DNA from: Phoronis australis
Lineage: Eukaryota > Animalia > Phoronida
Assembly (NCBI GenBank): GCA_002633005.1
Contig: NMRA01000026.1
Coordinates: 1,322,710-1,386,709, forward strand
DNA length: 64,000 bases
Reading direction: 5' to 3'
Position 1 is the stretch's first letter. Each line of letters opens with the position of its first letter. Under the pieces are notes generated by a model. That model was given only the letters and a program-made list of their open reading frames with translations, searched no databases and had not been told where the DNA came from. A program made the translations under genes and the position numbers. Positions 53,901-64,000 of the stretch are shown here, piece by piece.

Positions 53901-56900
53901 ATGGCCAATAAGCATGCTCCATACCATAGAAAAACAGAGACCCTGGTTTTCCGCAGCAACGGAAAACAAACAAAATTCACAGAAGTTGACTCATTTCACA
54001 GAATTAGAGATTTCGAACAGAATTTCCATATTACAGTAGCAGATACCTTAAATATTTTTGATTTTAAATTACCAAAAATTAAAACTATAATCCATCAAAT
54101 TCAGTATATTCTGGCCAAAAATCGATCCACGATTGTTTTGTGGCAGACATGTTCAATTAGTTGTTCATTTTTTTCTGAAGATAGAGCTGTTCTCTTCTGG
54201 TTATGAGTAACAATAAACATGGCATGTAGCAAGTTATTGATAAAACAGAGCTGCAAATAATTCAACTGAAAGAGTAAGGCAATTCTCAGATCATTTTTAT
54301 TGATGAATTTTTGAAACAGAAAAAATGTGATTTTGAGATTTCTTTGTCTTTGAAAATGGAAAACCAGGGTCTCTAGATTTCTTTGCTTTTGAAAACGGAA
54401 AACCATGGTTTCTAGAAGTACGTAACATCACATGCATCAACAAGTGTATACGATTTGCTAGTTCAACTTTGTTCAGTCACGCAGTTTGCAAATATTTCTG
54501 TTTTTTTTTAATAGAAGAATGTATTAATAAACCTTACTGCACAAATCTCATGGTCCTCAACAAAAACAAGATCAACAAGTTTACTTAGCTGAGTTGGCAA
54601 CAATATGACTGCTTGAAATACAACACATCTGACCACCTTTTCAAAGACACACAGCGAACATGTTCAAGGGCATTATACCTGTTGAACTAACTCTTCCTTA
54701 GTCACTTCCACAGTTTTCTCCCCTGGTCCATCACATACCCCATCAACTTCCATCTTAGCTGGCTCCTCACTCACTTTCTCACCAGCAGATGTCGCCTCTT
54801 GTTCACTGGTTCTTTCTTCCCTCTCTTTAACTTCCTGCTCTACTCTCTTCTTTTCATCTTCCATTCTCCTCTGTTCCTCTTCCTCCATCTTCTTTTCTTC
54901 TTCCAGTTTCTTCTTTTCTTCTTCCTCCGCAAGCCTTTGTCGCTCCTCTTCCTCTCGTTTCAGCCTCTCTTCTTCTTCCTTTTGTCGTTTGATCATGCGT
55001 TCAGCTTGTATTTTTAACATGTTGCCTGAAATAATAATAAGCAATAATAAGGTCAAAAAGCATACTATTAGTTGCTTCTGGTCTTTACCTCCAACTCATT
55101 TTGAAACAGAAAATAAAAATCTCCACCCATATAACTTTCAAAGAAAATCGCAAACATTCTTGAAAAGCCCCACAATACAGGAACGTAAGGTTTTAAATGT
55201 CATTGCTTGTCTAGTGAGGTATAAGTATGTGTAAATGACACACTACTTCACACACAAACACACACACAAGTGATATCAAGACCCATGTCTGGAGCAAACA
55301 TTCCAAAACAATTTAGAAACTCACTATTCTCGTTATCTAGAACCGACTTCTTATTGCCTCTGGACTGATTGGTCAGTTCTTCAGTGATTGACATCTGTCG
55401 CATCACCTCATCCTTAATGTCACACAGGAAGAACAACAGCTGTCTCTCCCACTTGTCCTTGTCTAAAGACTCCAACAGTTCTTCAAACATGGGGGCGCTA
55501 CTGTAGTACCATACCTCGTTCTCACCCTCACTGGAAGAAGTGTATACAAGATAACCATTACACAGTGCTTACTAACTGCCAAAGAATTTTTGTACAAGAT
55601 GAGGAAACGAAATGTTCTGGCAGTTCAGTCAGTGTTTTGCCTAATCAAGTACAAATAGTCTACCTACTAGTTACAAGCAAGTGGTCAACTCATTGGCCAC
55701 ATCCATGACTTCTGGGGTCACTATCCGAAGGCATGATTAATTAAGTTATTTGAATTAATAACCAGAAATATCTGTCCAATAGGTACCAAGTTCTGCATAA
55801 TAGAAGTAAGAATCCACATACCCATACTACACAGTATCAATTATAGTGACGAGTTCTGAAAACTGTTAACAGTCAGTAATATGGAAATATATAGAGTATA
55901 ATATCAAAAGAAAATTGCTACTTTAAATGACTCAAACGACACGAACCGTTCAGGAGTTCATATGATCCACAAAGCATGATCAACATCAAAGAATTTAATA
56001 GGAGATATTTCCCTAAAAACTCACTGTTTTCTGACACTATCGAAAATAAGGGATACGTACACAATAATCCGCCGACATAAGAACCAGTATTTTCGCCCAT
56101 GACGATCCAACCCAATAGGCTCATGTCGACACAAGAAGCCAGATTTTTCAGACTCTGTTAAACAATCAGTTACACCTTTCACCTGAAAATAAAATTCACC
56201 AGCATTTAAATAATTTTCAGCTATGAAATACACTACAGATGGACTATATGAAAGTATGTTGCATCAAGATTCATTCGCAACTTTTGGTAAAACTACCAGT
56301 CTTTGATAGCTTATGGATGCAGTATTAATTCAGGCTGATGCACACAGAGTTTAACAACAGAACGTGTTTTTCAAAACATTATTGGACTTGGCCGTTTAAC
56401 CAAATATACCGAGGTTTTCCAAGAAATGAAAATTTTCAAGCATCTTAGCAACACCAAATAAGAGCCTGAGAGTTTATGCGGAAAAGGGGAACAAATAAAC
56501 TGAAAGTCAGTTTTAGCTTCACAAATGCCTGCATTTACTGAATACACGTAGGTCTAGATTAAGAGGTAACTACTGAATGAACGTCCATATGCGTTTCATT
56601 GAGTGGGCTTATTTAAGGAAAATCCAGGTAAGCATCAACCTGTACAGGTATGTTAATTAATGATCAAGTGCTAATTGTAAAGTTTGTACATCAGGACAAT
56701 ACGTGTCACGGTTTTTGGTGTAAATATCCAAAATAAATAATGCAATAAAATACGACTCAGACAATGCACATGGTATTTAAGCGATCTTGGAATGCAATCC
56801 ATCTACAAGTAAGTTCACTGCCCAAGCCTCATCCATCTGACCTGGTGTGCTTTACACACAGAGCAGTTCCAGTCATCTTCCGGTACTTCCTCTAGAGGTG

Positions 56901-58359
56901 GGTCAACACAGTCCAGGTGATACACAGCAGAGCATGTCTCACAGCACAGCAGATCCCCCAGCCTGTGATAAAGTCAATGAAATGACCATGACAGACAGTA
57001 TATTATGTGAGCATTGCTCACAGCATTTTTTCTTTCTTACCGAAGTGTACGGCATATCTAACTGTGCTACAGTCAAATATGCAAATATTACGGTAAAGCA
57101 TACTTCCTAGATTGGCTCACGATTCAGCAACCTCCTCAAGTCCATAACAAAAACAAAATAAGAAATGTCAATTGTCAACCCAGTGACACAGCAACTTAAT
57201 ACACTTTTAAAATAAATCTAAGCAGCTCTTTACAGCAAGATAAAATAATCTATTTACAAGTCATTTTAACAGAAAACAACTTTATGAAAACAGAGTTAAC
57301 TAACGATACACACACACCCACACACACACATATATATGTATACAGTATAATGAATGAATATGATTTTCTCATAATTGACAAATTGTAAATTACATACTTG
57401 TGACAGTTTCTGCAGTGGTCATCATACTGAATGGTCCCTTCATTCAAGAGATCTTCTCTTACAGGATTGGTGCCGAGAAACAAATCTACCAAAGTCTGAA
57501 GAACCTGCAGTCTATCTTCAACTTTACAGAACGGGAAGTCAGAGTGATTCAGAACAGGAAAGGCTGCTTGAAATTCTGAAGACTTGTCACTATCAAGAAA
57601 AGCTCGAACAAGTTCCGACCAGGTCATTCCATCCAGGAACAACATGGAGATATTTATACTATCCTTCATATCATGAGGCCCAAATATTGTGTTATTCCCA
57701 TCCTCTTCTTTTTGTAAACATCTGAGAAGTGCACAGTGAATCTCTGACAGTAAATTACTCTGCTCTTCGGTTAACAGAGCAGCGACAAAGTCTTCAAACA
57801 GGAATGGTGATAACCTGACAATTGTTCGAAAGTGGCGAAGGACTTCAAAAATCCCAACAGCTCGCAATAAGTTTTCCCCAGATATTTGCAAATCTGAAGA
57901 ACTTGCAGGTAAAACCAAGGGTGGTACGTCAATTTCTTCAGGCAACTCAGGAGTTTTAGGCCTATCAAAAGTCAGACCTCTTTTACTGCTAACAGTGCTG
58001 AAACTTTTCTCACTTGTAACGTCAGATTCGTCGCCGGAAAACGAGTCGTCTGATTTGGCATTCCCATAATCACTGACGCTTGATCGAGACATGTCATCGT
58101 CCAAATCAGAATCTATAGCATGTTGAATAAAACTACGACTTTTCATTGCCGCTTCTCTGGTTGATCCTTTGGGCCTCCCTCTTGATCGTCCCGAGGGGGT
58201 ACCGGTAACACTACTCACTGGCGTGCTTGACCGGGAGCTGTGTTCGCTCGACGTAAACGCCAACGGTCTGTAATATCCCGATTTTCGGTAAATAGACGAT
58301 CGGTCTGACAAAGGAGTTTTTGGCGGGCGACCGCGGGCTCGCCTGCCACGCGCTGACAT
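26928..58359 (-). CDS. BPTF: Nucleosome-remodeling factor subunit BPTF / NURF301, about 2,765 aa
   Basis: Exons 57398-58359 (RGRPPK AT-hook-like motif, DDT), 56842-56962 (PHD), 56061-56182, 55325-55530, 54679-55025, 53049-53730, 52386-52511, 49567-49716, 48265-48648, 47573-47721, 46498-47355, 45129-45921, 44306-44965, 43699-43837, 42440-42813, 41853-42023, 39635-39733, 38791-38945, 38103-38544, 37268-37428, 36351-36389 (uncertain), 34603-34679, 33890-34064, 32657-32919, 32068-32241 (PHD), 29994-30186 (PHD), 29609-29693 and 26928-27118 (bromodomain WPFLEPVD...NCRYYN). All GT-AG and in phase. Confidence 0.95.
27262..28506. mobile_element. 1.2-kb non-autonomous Tc1/mariner (Tc2/pogo-like) element in the last BPTF intron
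   Basis: TA|ctgtatttgccgtaataaccgccca ... tgggcagttattacggcgaatacgg|TA. Confidence 0.8.
28752..28935. repeat. 39-bp tandem repeat, about 5 copies
   Basis: Unit aagttattgaatggttctgrcattattaaacataaatat. Confidence 0.85.
32950..33175. repeat. 30-bp tandem repeat, about 7.5 copies
   Basis: Unit aatgattgaacatgttagaaggcgggtaat. Confidence 0.92.
35284..35431. repeat. 36-bp tandem repeat, 4 copies
   Basis: Unit agcatgtttaccaacacagtaatagactgtaataac. Confidence 0.92.
39791..41064 (+). mobile_element. Non-autonomous Helentron/HINE (DINE-1-like) element
   Basis: 5' palindrome tactctgcgc..gcgcagagta, (TTC/TTA)n microsatellite, internal diverged tandem duplication of about 420 bp, 3' sub-TIR gcgcagagt, hairpin ttgtcacg/cgtgacaa and a CTAGTT end. 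Confidence 0.7.
49924..51692. mobile_element. Second copy of the 9373-11551 hAT-like element (interior is an N gap)
   Basis: Near-identical to 9373-9923 and 11215-11551, with the same TIRs. TSD is degenerate (gacca/aacaa). Confidence 0.9.
50473..51368. other. Assembly gap (N run)
   Basis: About 900 N inside the repeat copy. Confidence 1.
53925..54415. mobile_element. Degenerate MITE-like inverted repeat in a BPTF intron
   Basis: agagaccctggttttcc versus ggaaaaccagggtctct, with a locally duplicated right end. Confidence 0.45.
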
Positions 58360-59111
58360 TATTCAGGGCTATTTCGGTGCCAGTAGATGCTTTACGGTTT
58401 CCCAAACAAACTCACGTGCATGCAAGCTCTTATAACCTCTGACCTATTTATATTTTCAGTGTCCATGTTGCGGATTTTTGGAAGCCGCCATTTCTGTAAA
58501 TGAGTCACGTGACCACTGAAATTTCCCCCGCTGATATGGCAGTTTCATTCTGGATGCGTGTAAATCGTGTTTAAATCTACAAGCCTTTATTAAAATCCGA
58601 AAAATTAGCACTTAATCGCTATATACTTAATGGCATATTTCTATAAGTCTCAATAACAAGAAAGGAAGATCGAAACTAATTTAGTTGAAGATTTTCCATT
58701 TATCTCCCCTGTGTTTTACAGGTGCGCTTCAGCGTTTATGAAAAAGCCAATAAAAGGGGGCAACTATGTTATAGTAGTTTGAAGACTTTGATGTTTCAGA
58801 TGAAGTCCTGGGCTGGAAAAGCGGTTTTGAGATTTAAACTTTGACCTTTTCGTTCCAATTTTTGTATTTTTCTGTGGATAACAGTAGATTCTTGCAACAG
58901 CCACGGTATCTGTTGGCTAATAAATATACGTTTCAGTTTTATACACAAATTATTACCTTGTAATATATGCAAAACAACATTTCATACACGTTTGGTAAGA
59001 TTTTGATATTTTTGGTTCATTCCATTGCATTGGGTACCTTTTCTTAATTAAACGGTGGCCCTCGTCTTTCGTCAGCCACGTTTTGTGGGAAGGGGATTTG
59101 TGCTTGAAATC
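58360..59111. promoter_or_regulatory. Putative bidirectional promoter between BPTF and AIMP2
   Basis: Start codons are about 750 bp apart and divergent. YY1-like gccgccattt (~58484) and palindromic E-box gtcacgtgac (~58504-58513). Confidence 0.6.
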
Positions 59112-62100
59112 ATGTATAAACTGCAGCCTGTATATTCTCAAAATCAACAGATTGAAGTACCTAGCTGCATGTACAAACTTCCTAACATACACAAACGTGA
59201 ATTTCAAGACAAAGAGGTACGTTTTGCATGTCTAAATGACAACGTTGTGGACTTCAATGTAGCCTTTCTTGGTTTCCGATTCTCGTTGGAAACCCCAGGC
59301 CCAGTTGATTTAATTAGTGATTGACGGATTGGCGATGAAGTAAGATTATCGTGTAGCATCCTTCGATGCAGGAAAAATGTCCATGTTGATAAATTTAATC
59401 TCCATATATACATTCTAGTCCAAATTTGAAATTTGAGTTGGAAAACGAGGAAATCCAACTGGAAAATGTAGTTTCGAATTTCACCGCTAGGGGCACTGTG
59501 TCCTAATTGTCATCTCATTCTGTTTCTTGATACTAGTAAAAATTTTGATGAAAGCAGTGTTTTGCCCTGTTTAATCTTGTAATGTCATAAAAACAGTCAC
59601 ATAAGACTCCTTACTATGATAGAGTAGAATCTTATTTCATTTACAACAAGAACATCGAAACCTTCTACAACTCGGCAAAATGCTTCAGAGTTTTGTGGGT
59701 TTGACCAACCCAAAGCTAAGCACTCTTATCAGCCGCTCTACCTAAATAAAGAGAAAGGTATGCTACTGCTTATCAATATTGTCGCCCACCAGGTACTTCG
59801 GGAGCAACTCAATTTCAGACTAATTTGTGTCACACATTTTATCTGTGACTGTAAATCGTTCTCTAGTAAGTTACATTTGTTGACTGTGACAACACCAATA
59901 AGCACTATTAATACCTCCAGATTTTCCTAATTCAATCGCCAACATTTTCTGCAAAGGGTTTCATCGGACTTCCTCTGTTCATGTCAACCAATGCGCATGC
60001 TCATCCGAGCACTCAAGATCACCAGAACTTTTACATCAACTAAATACAGCAACAGTAGAGACAGAATACTTCACTAGCACAAGCAAAATTGGCCAACTTT
60101 TCCAGGGGTTTTCGAATTTCCTTCTATTCGTCCTCTAACCATCAAATACAGCCTCAGAAGCACAGTTATGTTTTTTTTCATTTATTAAATGGTGGTCTCA
60201 AAATGAGTCGAATTATAGACCAGTGCCAACCATGACGTGTCGGTGATTTCATTACGCCAGATCAAGCTGGGGTCAGCTCATCACAATCACGAACTACTGT
60301 CATGAGCCTCTCCGTGTCGGCGTGTAATTTGCATCTAATATTGTAGTTTTTAGTTGATGTAAGCATTCACTAGCATTACGAGAATGCGCACTGGTTGACA
60401 TGAATGGAGAAAGTTGGTCATAACGCTTTGTTGTGAATGTTGTCAATTTAATTTAGAAAATCTGATGGTACTATTGGTATTTATGGGTGGTGATGTCAAC
60501 AAATGTAACCTAACAAGTGAACATGTTGTAATTGCGGTTAAAATGTGTGACATAAATTACTCCTTGACTGACATGCTTAAGAGTTGTTCTGGTAGGCGAC
60601 CATACTGGATAGCAGTCGTATACCTTTCTCTATTACATATCCTAACTGGTGGCTGATAAGACGGCCTGTGGCCAACCCTAAAATTGTGAATTCGAAAGTG
60701 GTGCCTGTATGCATGTTCTGTGACTTCAGTTGGTAACGGTAATAGAAGCGTATCATTGTAATTATGAGACCAACTCTGTAGTAAAAGTTTTTATTCAAAT
60801 TTCATTTTTAGCCATTTAAACATGACAAAATGCAGCTTTAAAGAATCAAGCAAGTTACGAATATTTGCGTTAGTAAAATTCTTTTCACAATCACAGCTGC
60901 AGCAGTTCTTGCATGATAAATATATCCTACCCAGTTTCACTTCATTGCTTGCCATTGCAGATGAGCTTTAACAGTGAAAGCCTGCGTCAGCTGGAAGAAA
61001 AACAAGAACAGATTTTAGCCAGACTAGCCAAACTGAAGGAGGAAGTTGACCTACTCTCCACGGGTGTCACCTCCACTGCTAATTCTTCAACTGCGGTAAG
61101 ACTGGTTTTGTTAAGAGTAGTTATGTTCCTCATTAGCCGTTAATTTTAGGTAAAATTCAGTATTTAGATTGAGTTCTTGCAATGAGTAGTCCTCAGTAAA
61201 GTTATTTTGCTTTATTTACTAGTGCTGTCCTGTGTGTGCGTGCATGTGTGTAGAAGTTGTGCACATTAGGAAAGTTGACAAAGTTTATTTCTTAAGTTAA
61301 TAATACTTTACTTCTCTGACAAGCTAATTTTGGGTGTTTTTACCTAGAAATAAATGTCTGAACACTATTGCCTCCAAAATGTAGGAAACCATATGTTTCA
61401 ACTTTCATAATAAGTGAACTGGAACATTCACCGATTCATGACACAGCTGGTGAAATGGAAAACTACGTCACTTCATAAAAAATTAATCGACTGTCACTGA
61501 AAATAGCGAAATAATAAGACTTGGTAATTTAGCCAAAAATGATGTTAAAACACTGAGCTGTCAGGAGCGTTGCATGGTAGCTGTTTGTTTACACCGGGTG
61601 GCTAAAAAGGGACAGGTGACAGCGATATTTGCTCACTTAGTCTTGCCTAGGTGGAGTTTGCCGCACTAAGTTGTATTACCGCATGTCTGAATAGGCTGTT
61701 TGCTGTGTGTCCTGAGAAAGAAATGGCCTTTCTGATCAGTCAAAGAACTTAAGTAAATAAATCTAAATATGAATAAAAACCAATGAAAATATACGGTATA
61801 TTTGTCTAGTCTCATTGCAATATCAAATCGTGAGGGCACGTGTGAATAATTGAAACGTGTGGACTTGGACTTGGAAACTGAGCTAAGATGTGGCAATAAA
61901 GTTAAATGTGTGTTAACTAGTATGATAAACTGAACTTCGTACTGCTTGAAATGCTACTATGAAGTGATCTCTACAGTTTTGTATGTCTACTGACCTACCG
62001 ACTGCAAATGCCTTGTATCCCACAATCCTTTGTGTATGACATTTTCTGCTATTCGTACATATGTCTATAGTTAGCATAATGTGACATTACCTCTTAGAGA

Positions 62101-62427
62101 GACTGCTCTAATCTCTCCAAAATGGTAACTAACTAGCCTTAGTGAACACACCCCTGTCTTAACTTAAGCGTTTCTATCGGTACGTTTTTTTTTTCTAGCA
62201 GGCCGATGGCATCCTGGATGTGGTGGTCAATGCTAATCCATCCTGTCCACCCTACTCACTGTTCGTGCTTCATGACCTACTGTGTTATCACTACTGTGTC
62301 ATGACAGCTGTCCACATCCACTCGTCTGTTAGGCAGGTGCCAGAACCTTTAAAGAACCACTTCGGTCACAATGGTGTAGGCAGTAGGGGGTCCCACCAAA
62401 TGGCCGTCACCCTTATTTGGAAGTCAG
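59112..62427 (+). CDS. AIMP2: Aminoacyl-tRNA synthetase complex-interacting multifunctional protein 2 (p38/JTV-1); partial, remaining exons not found in the window
   Basis: Exons 59112-59216 (MYKLQPVY...EVPSCMYKLPNIH), 60961-61095 (leucine zipper SLRQLEEKQEQILARLAKLKEEVDLL) and 62199/62202-62427 (DVVVNANPSCPPYSLFVLHDLLC...VHIHSSV...TLIWK). These match recalled AIMP2 motifs. Confidence 0.92.
59973..60409. mobile_element. About 435-bp MITE in AIMP2 intron 1
   Basis: 30-bp TIR ctctgttcatgtcaaccaatgcgcatgctc / gagaatgcgcactggttgacatgaatggag. Confidence 0.65.
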
Positions 62428-64000
62428 GTGAGCTCTACTGATAGTCCAGAGTGAGTTTCACATTGTTTGTTGCCAGAAAATATAAAATCTGTTTGAAACC
62501 CTCATTCCTTTCAACTTCTAACTTTTAATTTACAATAACTTAACATTATACAGTTAGTCTTAACTTTCTGCTTACTCAGGTATGAGGAGTGATGTCTGGG
62601 CTTTTAAATATCTGTTAGGTCATTATTGTTTGAGACTGTGCTTGGTGAATAAAATGACCTGCCTTGACCAATCAACTTGTTGAGCAACAACAAACTGTTG
62701 TCTCTTTTCCATGCCCAGAAATCTCCACGAATTTCGAGGAACAAACTTTAAAAGCAATAGTTTCTCACTGACATTTCGGATTTTGAGAAACAATTTGATG
62801 CCCTTAATTCATAGGAGAATACTGGTTCTATGGGTTTATGATAACTTTAAATCAATTACACATTGCTACCAAGCTAAGATGCAATTCTCGATTGTTTCCA
62901 TGGCGACTTGTGTGATCTTGTCAGTGCAAATTCATGAGTTATGGAATTGTTAACTTTTTTACATCAGTCGCTGATTACAATATTACATGGCTGTTTCCAT
63001 AACAATAAGGTAATGCTTCAGACCTGGAAGAATTTGTTGAGTTTTTATAAGGCTGATCTATAGCACTCGTGGTTGTTATTGTCTGTTGATAGTCTTCTGT
63101 ACTTGTAGTAATTAGCTTTGATCAGAGCTATAAAACAACAGAATTCACTTTCATCATTTTGTGATTTTTATGCACCCAAATATTTATATACGGATGCATT
63201 ATGACGTTATCCTTGCCGTCCAGCGTCTGCTGCTGCATCTCAAAACTCCTCGACAGATATTTGAGAAATTTTTCATGGATGAGATTCATGGGATGGCATG
63301 AGCAAATTTCGAGATGGATCGGACTACCTCCTTGTGGCAATTTTCGTCTTTTATGTTTCCCTTTGTATCTTCAGAGTGCTTTGACAGATTTTCTTGAAAT
63401 TCGTTGAATGGGTATCTTTTAAGGAGATAATGCCGCATTTGATGTGTGTTGCACCACCTAGTGGCTGTTTTGACTGTTTTTTATTTTTTTGAAGTCTGCC
63501 TGTCTATTAGCCAAACCACTTGAGGATGGTTGTGAAAATCATTACACGTGTCACTTCTGGGAAGAGGATGGCTGACGATGATTTACGCACGGCTCTGACT
63601 ACTGTTGTGTCTTTTAGTGACAGTTTTGTTCTTTTGCATCTGCGGCTGTATCTCAGGCAGGCGAAGAAAGAACGGTGAAATTTGGCTTACTGTTGTATTT
63701 CTATGGTAGTGACAACAGACGGGTACAACAACTCCAACAACCACTTTGTCTCATAATGGCAGTTTTGTTTTTGTTATGTTTTCCTCTGTATCTATGGAGT
63801 TCCTTGATGTGTTTTCATGAAATTGGCAAATAGTTTTCTGTTATAAGCCGCTGACGCTGTGCCATCTTCAGATAGATTTGATTTATTGTACTCCACCTAG
63901 TGCCCATATTTACTGTTTGCAAGACTGTTTTTGGCATCTGCCGCTCTATCGGCCAAAACATTCTAAGAGTTATAAATCAAAAATTAATATACAATGATTT

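Noticed and set aside
59680-59758. ATG...AAAG|GTATGC as an alternative AIMP2 exon
   Set aside because: The sequence is a dispersed repeat also found at about 22480-22610 and has no AIMP2 similarity.

Overview
Eukaryotic, intron-rich, AT-rich metazoan DNA, probably from a marine invertebrate (inference; the species cannot be determined here). Four spliced genes were reconstructed by hand with GT-AG boundaries and consistent phases. RPLP0/uL10 lies on the minus strand with 7 coding exons, its last exon outside the window, and a putative TCT/5'TOP first exon at about 11.9 kb. PIG-X (+) is complete with 5 exons and 247 aa. BPTF/NURF301 (-) is complete with about 28 exons and about 2,765 aa. AIMP2 (+) has its first 3 coding exons in the window, head-to-head with BPTF. 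There is also a small orphan 2-TM ORF. The most notable non-coding signal is in the RPLP0 introns: two diverged box C/D snoRNAs with the U22 (SNORD22) core and compensatory stem changes, plus several multibranch RNA structures whose G-U pairs favour the transcribed strand. Many non-autonomous DNA transposons are present (P-like foldback and tiny P-like footprints, hAT-like elements with 5-bp TSDs, Harbinger and TcMar MITEs, a Helentron/HINE-like element), along with several minisatellites. No intact transposase, rRNA or CRISPR array was seen.
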